Source: an uncultured Verrucomicrobiota bacterium (GTDB taxonomy: Bacteria > Verrucomicrobiota > Verrucomicrobiia > Limisphaerales > CAIMTB01). Taken from it: a stretch of DNA of 52,015 nt. The DNA lies in NCBI GenBank assembly GCA_903844265.1, contig CAIMTB010000629.1:1-52015 (forward strand). The letters run 5' to 3'. Under the pieces are notes generated by a model, which saw only the letters and a list, made by a program, of their open reading frames with translations, was not told where the DNA came from and did not search any database. Both the position numbers and the translations under genes were made by a program. This document shows positions 31,576 to 41,071 of the stretch, piece after piece; within the stretch, counting starts at the first letter, position 1; every line of letters starts with the position of its first letter.

Positions 31576-32582
31576 TCTGGAACATCATCCGCCGGCCCGC
31601 TCCCTCCTTGGCCCTTGCCTTGGTCGCCGGGCTCCGGCTCTTCGTCGCATCGACCGTCGCCCTTTCAGCACGGTCCACCGCCGCCGCCGAAGCCCTGCGA
31701 CCACCTCGCATCCTAACCAGCTTCCTGCCGGTCTTCTCGATCGTCAGACAAATCGCGGGAGATCGCGCCTCCGTCGAGAACTGGCTCCCGCCCGGCATCG
31801 ATCCCCACGAGTTCCAATTCCAGCCGCGCGATCTCCGACGCCTTCGCGAGGCCGACCTTCTCGTGATTGCCGGGCTCGGGCTTGAGGGCTGGACTCTTTC
31901 CCAACTGCGATCCGCCGCCGCCAATCCCAGACTCCAACTCCTCGAGGCCTCCCGCGACCTCCCGGATTCCGTCCGCATCACAGCCACCCGCTCGCCTGGC
32001 GCAAAGCCCGACGCTCCAGGTTCCAAGGACCACGAACCCCCCGGACACGAGCACGGGACCTCGGGAACCAACCCCCATTTCTGGCTCGATCCTGTCCTCG
32101 TCTCCTACGCGGTCACCAATGTCCTGAATGCGCTGGTGCAATTGGACCCGGCCGGCAGAGAGGTCTACCTCCTCAATGCCAATGCCACGCTCGCCCGCCT
32201 CGAAGCACTCCATCGCGACTTCGTGAAGAGGCTCGACCCAGCCAAAGGGACGGCGTTCATCACCTACCACGACGCGTTCCCGTATCTCGCCCGCCGTTAC
32301 GGACTCAAGCTGGTTGGCGTGGTCGAGGAAAATGCCGCGGAAGAACCCTCACCCCGCGAACTCGCCGCATTGGCAGCCACGGTCCGCCGCGAGAAGGCAC
32401 GCGTCCTGTTCGTGGATGGTCAGCCCACACGCCTTGCCCGACGCCTCGCTGACGACCTCGGAATCAAGATCGTCACGATCGAAACACTCGAGATCGGCCC
32501 ACTCTCCGCTGACGCCTACGACGCGGGCATGCGCCGAAACCTCGCCACGCTCCAGGCGGCGCTCGTCCCAGCCTCCCCATGA
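31566..32582 (+). CDS. znuA: Zn/Mn ABC transporter substrate-binding protein
   Basis: DPHEF, G.GLEGW, NPHFWLDP, YHDAFPYLA..YGL, EPSP..L; signal peptide; start ATG 31566. Confidence 0.88.
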   Translation: MICVWNIIRRPAPSLALALVAGLRLFVASTVALSARSTAAAEALRPPRILTSFLPVFSIVRQIAGDRASVENWLPPGIDPHEFQFQPRDLRRLREADLLVIAGLGLEGWTLSQLRSAAANPRLQLLEASRDLPDSVRITATRSPGAKPDAPGSKDHEPPGHEHGTSGTNPHFWLDPVLVSYAVTNVLNALVQLDPAGREVYLLNANATLARLEALHRDFVKRLDPAKGTAFITYHDAFPYLARRYGLKLVGVVEENAAEEPSPRELAALAATVRREKARVLFVDGQPTRLARRLADDLGIKIVTIETLEIGPLSADAYDAGMRRNLATLQAALVPASP

Positions 32583-32592
32583 ACCGAGTCGA

Positions 32593-32664
32593 ACCACGAA
32601 GAGCACGAAGGACACGAAGGAACACAAATCCTCTGGCCTTCGTGATCTTCGTGACCTTCGTGGT
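32593..32664. repeat. Palindromic element made of 9-bp CACGAAG-NN units (family D)
   Basis: ACCACGAAGAGCACGAAGGACACGAAGG (32593-32620) vs CCTTCGTGATCTTCGTGACCTTCGTGGT (32637-32664): 24/28 inverted match. Confidence 0.82.
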
Positions 32665-32724
32665 AGATCCCCGCGTGGTTCAGGGTCCCAACGCGTGTCC
32701 AAATTTTGGAAAACCCGGCTCCCC

Positions 32725-33543
32725 ATGAACCGCACCGACACCCGCCCTCGCGCCGTCGAAATCCGCGGCCTGAATGTCTGCCTGGGCGGAAAGCGCGTCC
32801 TCAGGAATATCGACCTCGATATCGGCACCGGCGAATTGGTCGCGCTGATCGGCCCCAATGGCGCCGGCAAGACCACCCTCGTTCGGGCCATCCTCGGCCT
32901 TGTCCCTGCAGAATCCGGGACCGTGAGGGTCCTCGGCGAAACCAATCTCCGATCCGCCCTCCCGCGTGTCGGCTATGTTCCCCAGCGCCTCGCCCTCGAT
33001 GTCGGCCTGGCGATGAGCGTCCGTGAATTCCTCGCCCTGCGTCGCCCTTCCACGCGCAACTGGTTCTGGCGACGCCACGCCGAACTCGACGCCACCCTGC
33101 CGCCCATCGCCGACGAACTCGGGACCCGCCTCCTCCTCGACAAGTCCGTATCCACGCTCTCAGGCGGCCAACTCCAAAGGGTCCTGATCACCTTCGGCCT
33201 CCTCGACAACCCGGAACTGCTCTTCCTCGACGAGCCCACGGAAGGCGTCGATGCCCCCGGGGAACGGACGTTTTACGAGATCATCTCGGACATCCACCGA
33301 GCCCACCGGTTGACTGTGGTCCTCGTCTCACACGACCTTTCGATGGTGCACCGGCACGCCTCCTGGGTCGTCGCCCTCAACGGCCGCATCTGCTGCGAAG
33401 GCGCCCCCGACGAAATCATCCGCGAGGACGCATTGCGCGAGGCCTACGGACTGCACGTCACGCCCTACCACCATCACCACCACGATCCCACCGCGCAGGG
33501 CCACGATCACGGACTCGACCACGGTCATCCGCATGTTCACTGA
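32725..33543 (+). CDS. znuC: Metal ABC transporter ATP-binding protein with a His-rich tail
   Basis: GPNGAGKTT, GYVPQ, LSGGQLQRV, LFLDEP, VSHDL; start ATG 32725. Confidence 0.9.
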   Translation: MNRTDTRPRAVEIRGLNVCLGGKRVLRNIDLDIGTGELVALIGPNGAGKTTLVRAILGLVPAESGTVRVLGETNLRSALPRVGYVPQRLALDVGLAMSVREFLALRRPSTRNWFWRRHAELDATLPPIADELGTRLLLDKSVSTLSGGQLQRVLITFGLLDNPELLFLDEPTEGVDAPGERTFYEIISDIHRAHRLTVVLVSHDLSMVHRHASWVVALNGRICCEGAPDEIIREDALREAYGLHVTPYHHHHHDPTAQGHDHGLDHGHPHVH

Positions 33544-34366
33544 ACCTTTCATGCTGAGGGCCATCCTGGGCGCGCTCATGCTCGCCCCGCTGTGCGCGCT
33601 CCTCGGTGTCTTCGTCACCGCGCGACGCATGGCGTTCTTCAGCGACACCGTCGCGCACGCCTCACTCGCCGGCACCGCGGTATCGTTCCTCCTCGGCCTC
33701 AGCGAGCCCACCCCCGGCATGATCGTCGTCAGCCTCGCCGTCGCCGCCGCCATCGTCTGGCTCCGCGAACGCAGCGGGCTCTTCAACGACACCATCATGT
33801 CCCTGCTGCTCACCGGATCCGTCGCCGTGGGCACGGTCATCCTCAGCCGCTTGCACGGATTCCGCGCCGAGATCCACCGCGTCCTGTTCGGCGACATCCT
33901 CGCCATCGGCAGCACCGAGTTGATCCTGGCTGGAGCGCTGCTGCTGCTGGTCGCGATCGGTGGCTCGTGGATGCTCAGCCCCCTCTCCCTGATCACCGCA
34001 CATGAGGACCTCGCCCACGTCGCCGGGCTCCGCGTCCGCGCCTTCAACTACGCCTTCGTCCTGGTCCTCACCATCACGGTCACCGTCACCATCCGCCTCG
34101 TCGGGATCCTCCTCGTCGGGGCCCTCCTGGTCATCCCCCCCGCTTCCGCCCGCCTTCTGGGCCGGACCTTGCGGCAGGAAATCTGGCTCGCGGTCGCCTT
34201 TGGGATCGTCACAGGTGTCGGCGGCGTCGCGGCCTCCTATGCCGCCGATATCCCCTGCGGCCCGTCGATCGTCCTGACCGGAATTACCTTGTTCGCCGTG
34301 ACCCTCGGAATCTCAAAGACACGCCGGACCGAGCGATTGGAACCTCTCGTCCGGGAGGAGGGATGA
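33533..34366 (+). CDS. znuB: Metal ABC transporter permease
   Basis: LGVFV..RRMAFFSD.VAHA.L.G, LFGDILAI, VG.LLV.ALLVIP.A.AR. Confidence 0.9.
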   Translation: MFTEPFMLRAILGALMLAPLCALLGVFVTARRMAFFSDTVAHASLAGTAVSFLLGLSEPTPGMIVVSLAVAAAIVWLRERSGLFNDTIMSLLLTGSVAVGTVILSRLHGFRAEIHRVLFGDILAIGSTELILAGALLLLVAIGGSWMLSPLSLITAHEDLAHVAGLRVRAFNYAFVLVLTITVTVTIRLVGILLVGALLVIPPASARLLGRTLRQEIWLAVAFGIVTGVGGVAASYAADIPCGPSIVLTGITLFAVTLGISKTRRTERLEPLVREEG

Positions 34367-34908
34367 AGGATCTCGCCCCGTCCGACCCCGTCCATCACCA
34401 CACGGCGAAGCGCCCCAGGCTGAGCGAACTGACCGAGCGCTTGCGTGGCAAGGACCGGCGGGTCACCGGACCAAGGGCAGCGATTCTCTCCATCCTCCAC
34501 GAACACCCGCATCCGCTCACCAATCGGGAAATCTTCGAGGCATTGCCCCCGGGCGTCTGTGATCTGGTGACCGTCTACCGGGCCGTACACCTGCTCGAGG
34601 ACATGGGACTGGTGACGCGCTACGATTTCGGGGATGGCGTGGCCCGGCACGAGATTGCACTCGAGGGTCACGACAACCACCACCATCACCTCGTCTGCAC
34701 GGCCTGCTCCCGGATCGTGGAAATCGACCAATGCCTGGCCACCGAGTGGGATGCGATGATTGCCCGTGAGAGCGGCTTTGAGCGGGTGACCCACAAGCTG
34801 GAGTTCTTCGGCCGTTGCCCGCGTTGCCAGGAAGGCCCGCCGTCCCACGACACCACAAAAACGAAAGGGGCCGCCACGGCGAAACCGTGCGGCCCGATAT
34901 TGGAATAA
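34363..34908 (+). CDS. zur: Fur-family metalloregulator, probably Zur
   Basis: RVT..R.AIL..L, TVYR...LLE..GLV, HHHHLVCTAC, FFG.CPRC; ATGA-coupled to znuB. Confidence 0.82.
   Translation: MKDLAPSDPVHHHTAKRPRLSELTERLRGKDRRVTGPRAAILSILHEHPHPLTNREIFEALPPGVCDLVTVYRAVHLLEDMGLVTRYDFGDGVARHEIALEGHDNHHHHLVCTACSRIVEIDQCLATEWDAMIARESGFERVTHKLEFFGRCPRCQEGPPSHDTTKTKGAATAKPCGPILE
34855..34895 (-). terminator. Intrinsic terminator for the minus-strand small ORF, located inside the zur 3' end
   Basis: Minus strand reads GGGCCGCACGG-tttcg-CCGTGGCGGCCC then CTTTCGTTTTTGT. Confidence 0.65.
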
Positions 34909-34988
34909 TCAGGTTGGTCTAAAGCATTCGTCGCCAAATCATGTCCTGCTTTGCTTGAACCATCGCCGGGGGCAATCCGCTCCCGGGC

Positions 34989-35150
34989 TCAGCTCTGGTC
35001 TCCCGACCACTCTCCCTGGCGCATCAACTCGCGTACCTTGCGCCGTTCGTACCGGTGTTTCTGCGCCTTATGAGGTCGGTTTTCCGCGTTCCGGGGGTGA
35101 TACCGATGGTTCTGGATCACTTCCGCGACCTGTTCGTGGGACTTAGGCAT
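34989..35150 (-). CDS. Small basic His/Arg/Lys-rich hypothetical protein (53 aa), not in the ORF track
   Basis: Own translation: MPKSHEQVAEVIQNHRYHPRNAENRPHKAQKHRYERRKVRELMRQGEWSGDQS*; flanked by a promoter-like site and a terminator. Confidence 0.65.
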   Translation of the reverse strand: MPKSHEQVAEVIQNHRYHPRNAENRPHKAQKHRYERRKVRELMRQGEWSGDQS

Positions 35151-35280
35151 GATGCGGTTCTCTGTTGTTGGGCGTACTCTGCCCGTTGGGAAAACGGTGG
35201 GGCCGGCTCATCGCCCGGGGAGGGCTCCGGCTTCACCGCCACGTCGCTGAGTAGGTAGCTCATGGACGCTGTACGGTGAT

Positions 35281-35324
35281 CAGATAGGCCTGGACCCGAT
35301 GATGTTCAATAACTTTTTCAACAT
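35281..35324 (-). promoter_or_regulatory. Putative promoter and overlapping palindromic operator of the small ORF
   Basis: TTGAAC-N17-TATCTG (35309 to 35281); inverted repeat ATGTTCAA-N7-TTCAACAT (35302-35324) within a conspicuously AT-rich patch. Confidence 0.5.
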
Positions 35325-35514
35325 TTTGTTTGATATTTTCCACCAACGATACCCCGCGCCCCACCACCCCGTACCTCCGGCTTTCGCCTTCCGAATCGAG
35401 CCCGTCAGGAGCACGATCCCCCGCGCGCCGGCAGCACGCTGACAACCGTCGGCCCGCCGGTCAGTCCGTCGAACGCCCGTCGTCAATTCAACCGCGCCAA
35501 CCCCTGCGCCTCGC

Positions 35515-36396
35515 ATGAACGATCCCGCCCAAGCTCTCCGCAACTTCACCCCGCAACACGAATTCTTCGTGGGCATCGACTCCGACGGCTGCGTCTTCGA
35601 CTCGATGGAGATCAAGCACAAGGAGTGCTTCACTCCGATGTACATCAAGTATTTCGGGCTCCAGCCGGTCTCGAAATACGCCCGCGAGGTCTGGGATTTC
35701 GTCAACCTCTACTCCAAGACCCGCGGCATCAACCGCTACCCCGCCCTGTCCAACGCCCTCAACCTCCTCGGCGAACGACCGGAGGTCCACGCCCGCGGCG
35801 TCCAGGTCCCCTCCACCGACGAACTCGATGCCTGGATGGCCCGCGAAACCAAACATACGCTCGGAACCCTGCGGCCCGAGGTCGAGGACCGCGGGAACAC
35901 CGCCCTCCAACCCGTCCTCAACTGGTCCCTCGCCGTCGATGCCCAGATCAAGGACATCGTCCATGGCGTGCCTCCCTTTCCCTGCGTGCGCGAATGCCTG
36001 GAGAAACTCCGCGACCACGCCGATGCGATGGTCATTTCCCAAACGCCAGGCTCCGCGCTCGAACGCGAATGGGCCGAGCACGATCTCGCCCGTTACGTCG
36101 CGCTCATCGCCGGTCAGGAGATGGGTTCCAAGAAGGATCACCTCAAACTCGCCGCCGCCCCGAGGTATCCCGCGTCGAAAATCCTCATGATCGGGGATGC
36201 CCCCGGCGATTTCACGGCCGCCAAATCCAACGGCGCCCTGTTCTACCCGATCATCCCCGGCCGCGAGGAAGCCTCCTGGCGACGCCTCCTCGACGAGGGA
36301 CTCGACGCCTTCTTCGCGGGGACCTATGCAGGTGACCTCGAGACCTCGCTGGTTGGCGAATTCAACGCAAGCCTGCCCGAGAAACCCCATTGGTAG
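35515..36396 (+). CDS. HAD-superfamily hydrolase (phosphatase-like)
   Basis: Motif I GIDSDGCVFD, motif II VISQT, K in GSKKDH, motif IV MIGDAPGD. Confidence 0.88.
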   Translation: MNDPAQALRNFTPQHEFFVGIDSDGCVFDSMEIKHKECFTPMYIKYFGLQPVSKYAREVWDFVNLYSKTRGINRYPALSNALNLLGERPEVHARGVQVPSTDELDAWMARETKHTLGTLRPEVEDRGNTALQPVLNWSLAVDAQIKDIVHGVPPFPCVRECLEKLRDHADAMVISQTPGSALEREWAEHDLARYVALIAGQEMGSKKDHLKLAAAPRYPASKILMIGDAPGDFTAAKSNGALFYPIIPGREEASWRRLLDEGLDAFFAGTYAGDLETSLVGEFNASLPEKPHW

Positions 36397-36423
36397 GATC
36401 CCACCCCATCCAACACCCGATCC

Positions 36424-37923
36424 GTGAACACCCATGTTGTCCCGGGATCCGGCCGGGCCGACGCTCGGGATGAGATTCGTTGGCGCCACACGCTCCTCGC
36501 GCTGGCGGCGCTGACGGCCTGGCTCTTCGCCCTGCGATGTCTGGGACCTTCGAACCTCACAGACAACGACCAGGAACGCCCTGCTGCCTACGTCATCGAC
36601 GCGTTCCGCAACGGTCATTGGCTGGTCCAGCGCGATTGGACGGGGGATATCGCCTCCAAGCCACCGCTCTACACCTGGATCTCCGCGGGTCTCTCCTGGA
36701 TCGCGGGCGGCGCCCATCGCTGGACGCTGTACCTCCCGTGCGCGCTGGCGATGTTCGGGTCTGCAGCACTGGTCGCAGACCGGCTGCGCAAGGTCGCCGG
36801 CTCGAGGGAAGCACTGCTTGGCGGAGTGCTTTTTCTCGCCTGCCCGCTGACCGCCAAGCTCGTCTGCACCGCCCGCACCGACGCGCTGTTCACATTCTTC
36901 GTCACACTCACAGCCGCCTCTGCCCATGCCGCCTGGTCCGGGGTTGCCATCTCGCGCAACACCGGTTGGATCCGCACCTGGTTCTACGCGGCACTGGCCA
37001 CGCTGACAAAGGGCCCACTCGGCCTCGTCCTGGGATTCGCCGGCCTGCTCGCGGGAATCCGCACCCGGAGAAACAAGACGTCCCCGCCCCTCATCTGGGA
37101 CCGCAGACACTTCGCGGGGCTGGCGATGCTCGTGCTCCTGGCGGGCGGATGGTTCGGAGGCGCGTGGCTTCAAGCAGGGAACCCGCTGTTCCAGAAGCTC
37201 ATCATCGGCGAACTCGCGGGCCATGCCTTGCGAACGGAAGGAACAGTGCCCGGCCTCGGCCTGGCCATCGTTCCCGGCTTCCTGCTCAGCCGGTTCGCAC
37301 CGTGGAGCCTCGCGGCATTCTGGGCACTCTGGCTCACCCTGCGACGCCGTGATTCCTCATCCCCCAGACATTCACTCGAACGATTCGCCGCCGCCTGGCT
37401 CGTCACCGGAATCGTGACACTCGGCCTCGCCGGCCATCAGCGCGGGGACCTCGTCGCACCGCTCATGCCCGCCGCCGCGATTCTCGCCGCCGGCCCGGTC
37501 GCAGGATGGCTTCAAGACTGGAACGTGAGGCGTCTCTTGTCGGCAACACTTGGGGTCTCGTTCCTGCTCGGCGCAGGCCTCCAGGTCCACCACCGCCTCT
37601 CACGCCCCTCTGTCTTTGCCGAATCACGCGGCGCGGAACATCTCGCCGCAGCCTACCTCCAAACCGGGCGATCACCCGACCGCCTCGCCTTCGTCGACAC
37701 CCCGTATGCCCTGCAGTTCGAACTCGGAACCATGCGGCGCGTACTCGATTTCGGGCAGGCCGCCGAACTCCTCCGCAACGACCCGCGATCAGCCGTCGCG
37801 ATCTCCAATCGGAAAGCCCTGATGGAATCCCTCGGAACTGATTCCCGGCGGATCCGAGTCATCGCCTCCTGGCCCTCCGGACAGGCCCCCCAATCTTGCA
37901 TCGTCCAACTGGATCCTCCGTGA
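36424..37923 (+). CDS. ArnT/PMT-like membrane glycosyltransferase (GT-C)
   Basis: DNDQER, SKPPLYTW, ARTD.LFTFF, LTKGPLG, many TM segments; GTG start. Confidence 0.82.
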   Translation: MNTHVVPGSGRADARDEIRWRHTLLALAALTAWLFALRCLGPSNLTDNDQERPAAYVIDAFRNGHWLVQRDWTGDIASKPPLYTWISAGLSWIAGGAHRWTLYLPCALAMFGSAALVADRLRKVAGSREALLGGVLFLACPLTAKLVCTARTDALFTFFVTLTAASAHAAWSGVAISRNTGWIRTWFYAALATLTKGPLGLVLGFAGLLAGIRTRRNKTSPPLIWDRRHFAGLAMLVLLAGGWFGGAWLQAGNPLFQKLIIGELAGHALRTEGTVPGLGLAIVPGFLLSRFAPWSLAAFWALWLTLRRRDSSSPRHSLERFAAAWLVTGIVTLGLAGHQRGDLVAPLMPAAAILAAGPVAGWLQDWNVRRLLSATLGVSFLLGAGLQVHHRLSRPSVFAESRGAEHLAAAYLQTGRSPDRLAFVDTPYALQFELGTMRRVLDFGQAAELLRNDPRSAVAISNRKALMESLGTDSRRIRVIASWPSGQAPQSCIVQLDPP

Positions 37924-38081
37924 GCCCGCACAGCGGCCCTGTGGCCAACGATTCCGTGGCGGGGGAAGCGCGAAGCCGCCTCCACCCTTCGATGACCCGT
38001 CATGGGCCGGATCCCAACGGCGAGGGCGCAGGCGGGCAGGCGCGCATACACCCTTGCTTCCCACGACTTCCTCCCCCGCGT

Positions 38082-38109
38082 TTGACACCCCTCGCCCGAA
38101 CCGTATCCT
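38082..38109 (+). promoter_or_regulatory. Sigma70-type promoter of asd
   Basis: TTGACA-N16-TATCCT, 10 nt before the ATG. Confidence 0.6.
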
Positions 38110-38119
38110 CCCGCGCTCT

Positions 38120-39124
<1,005 letters not shown>

Positions 39125-39198
39125 GAAGGCGGCGACTGGGGGACGGCGTGTTTCCCGCGTCTGGCCGAGCGGCAGGACACCCACTAACCTCACCGCGC

Positions 39199-40464
39199 GT
39201 GCAGGTCGAAATCATCAACACCGGCTCCGAGCTCATGCTTGGCCGGGTCCTCAATACCCATCAGCAATGGCTCTGCCGTCGATTGGCCGACCACGGATAT
39301 CCCGTGTCCCGCCAGGTCGCGGTGCCCGATACCGGCCCCGCCATCCGGGATGCCGTTGCTGAAGGCCTTGTTCGATCCGACCTCGTCATCACGACCGGCG
39401 GACTCGGCCCCACCTCCGACGACATCACCCGCGATCTCGTCGCCTCAATGCTGGGCCGCCCCCTGCACGAGGACGCGGAGGCGCTTGCAAACATCCAACG
39501 CTTTTTTACCGCACGAAACCGCGCCATGCCGCAACGCGTCGCCATCCAGGCGCAGGTTCCAGCGGGTACCACGGTCCTTCAAAACGAGCACGGCACAGCC
39601 CCCGGCCTCGCCCTCCAGGTCGCGCCCGGCCAGTTCCGTGATTCGACATCCCTGCTCATCATGCTGCCGGGGCCCCCGCGCGAACTCCGACCGATGTTCG
39701 ACCGACAGGCCTTGCCGCTGATCTGCGAACGCCTGCCCGTCGCCGACGCCTTCCATTGCGTCACCTTGAAAACCTGCGGCATCGGCGAATCGATGGTCGA
39801 GGAACGCCTCGCACCGTCGCTCCCGCCGCTGCTGGAACGTGGACTCGAGATCGGCTACTGCGCCCGCACCGGTGAAGTCGATGTCCGGCTCACGGCCATC
39901 GGCGATTCCGGCGTGGACCTGATCCGCGAAGGCGAGGCCCTGGTACGCGCCGCGCTCGGGGATCACATCTTCGGGACGGGGGACGATTCGCTTGAGGCGG
40001 TGGTACTCCAGCTCGCCCGCGAGAGGAACGCCACGCTCAGCGTCGCCGAATCCTGCACCGGCGGTTACCTCGCGAACCGGATCACCAACGTTCCCGGCGC
40101 CTCGGCCGTTCTCTGGGGCGGATGGATCGTGTACGACAACGCCGCAAAGGAACGGCAACTCGGGGTGGATCCCGCCACCCTCGCCGAGCACGGCGCCGTC
40201 AGTGAACATTGTGCGCGCGAACTCGCGGAAGGCGCCCTGGCCCGTTCCGGCACAACCCACTCGCTGGCGGTGACCGGCATCGCCGGCCCGTCCGGCGGCA
40301 CGCCTGAAAAGCCGGTCGGCACCGTCTTCATCGCGCTTGCCTCGGTTGCGAAACCCACCCTGCTCAGGCGACAACTGAACCCCTTCGACCGCGAGACGTT
40401 CAAGTACGTCACCTCGCAGCAAGCCCTCGAGATGCTGCGTTGCCGGCTGCTCACCGGAAAATAA
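39199..40464 (+). CDS. cinA: Competence/damage-inducible protein A (MoCF-binding domain plus PncC NMN deamidase)
   Basis: INTGSEL..G.VLNT, TTGGLGPT.DD.T, GTAPG, LPGPP.E, AESCTGG, VTGIAGP.GG..EKPVGTV; GTG start at 39199. Confidence 0.94.
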   Translation: MQVEIINTGSELMLGRVLNTHQQWLCRRLADHGYPVSRQVAVPDTGPAIRDAVAEGLVRSDLVITTGGLGPTSDDITRDLVASMLGRPLHEDAEALANIQRFFTARNRAMPQRVAIQAQVPAGTTVLQNEHGTAPGLALQVAPGQFRDSTSLLIMLPGPPRELRPMFDRQALPLICERLPVADAFHCVTLKTCGIGESMVEERLAPSLPPLLERGLEIGYCARTGEVDVRLTAIGDSGVDLIREGEALVRAALGDHIFGTGDDSLEAVVLQLARERNATLSVAESCTGGYLANRITNVPGASAVLWGGWIVYDNAAKERQLGVDPATLAEHGAVSEHCARELAEGALARSGTTHSLAVTGIAGPSGGTPEKPVGTVFIALASVAKPTLLRRQLNPFDRETFKYVTSQQALEMLRCRLLTGK

Positions 40465-40556
40465 GAAGAATTCGGGGCATTGCGCGGGGCGACGACGCTC
40501 CCGTGCGCCCGACTCCGGCAGGACGTCGGAATTCTGCCGGCAACACGGCACCTCCC

Positions 40557-40594
40557 GAAAAACGAAAGACCCGCGGGAATCCCCGCGGGCCTTC
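40557..40594 (-). terminator. Intrinsic terminator downstream of the ferredoxin
   Basis: Stem CCCGCGGG-aatc-CCCGCGGG (40570-40589) preceded on + by GAAAAACGAAAG. Confidence 0.65.
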
Positions 40595-40635
40595 GATGAA
40601 ATATTCAACAAATCCAGGACGCGGCCACGCCGCCA

Positions 40636-40875
40636 CTAGGACTGGGGGCCGTCATCACCGATCGCCTCGACAGGGCAGCCTTCCTGGGCCTCCTTGCACT
40701 GGGCGTGTTCCTCAGGGGTCTCCGCCTGCTTGAAGACGTAGGAATAGCCACCGTCGTCGTTGCGCATGAAATTCTTCGGGGCTGTCTCACGGCACAGGTC
40801 ACAATCAATGCACTGATTGTCGACGTAAAACTTGCCGCCCTTGTTCTCCGAGTACTTGTTTGCGATGTCTGCCAT
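40636..40875 (-). CDS. Single-cluster [4Fe-4S] ferredoxin
   Basis: FYVD..CIDCDLC.E.AP..F ... GCPVEAIG. Confidence 0.93.
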   Translation of the reverse strand: MADIANKYSENKGGKFYVDNQCIDCDLCRETAPKNFMRNDDGGYSYVFKQAETPEEHAQCKEAQEGCPVEAIGDDGPQS

Positions 40876-41071
40876 AGGTCAGAAACGTTCGGGGGACGGT
40901 GGCGACCGGGGGTGCCGATTTCAAGCCCGAATCCCTCCTCAACCCATTTCTTCATCCCGCATTCCGGACCCGGGACTTTCATGATCCCCGATTCACGTCC
41001 GACAGGCTTGCCTTCACGCCCTCCGACTGTTTGAAAGAGACACCTCCACAGCGCACGTCCGTCCCGCAGCC

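Noticed and set aside
35165-35216. Fluoride (crcB) riboswitch: the minus strand has GGGCGATGAGCCGGCCC...CCGTT/AACGG
   Set aside because: The pseudoknot partner and the conserved 3' UGAUG..CUAC segment are missing, and the downstream gene is unrelated to fluoride; kept only as a generic structured leader
35295-35345. oriC / DnaA-box cluster or LexA box
   Set aside because: TTTTCAACA and TTTTCCACC are only degenerate matches in a very short patch with no dnaA-region genes nearby; TGTTC lacks the GAACA partner at N4 spacing
37955-37986. Possible sixth REP family (GTGGCGGGGGAAGCGCGAAGCCGCCTCCAC)
   Set aside because: Single, degenerate hairpin with no second copy in the window
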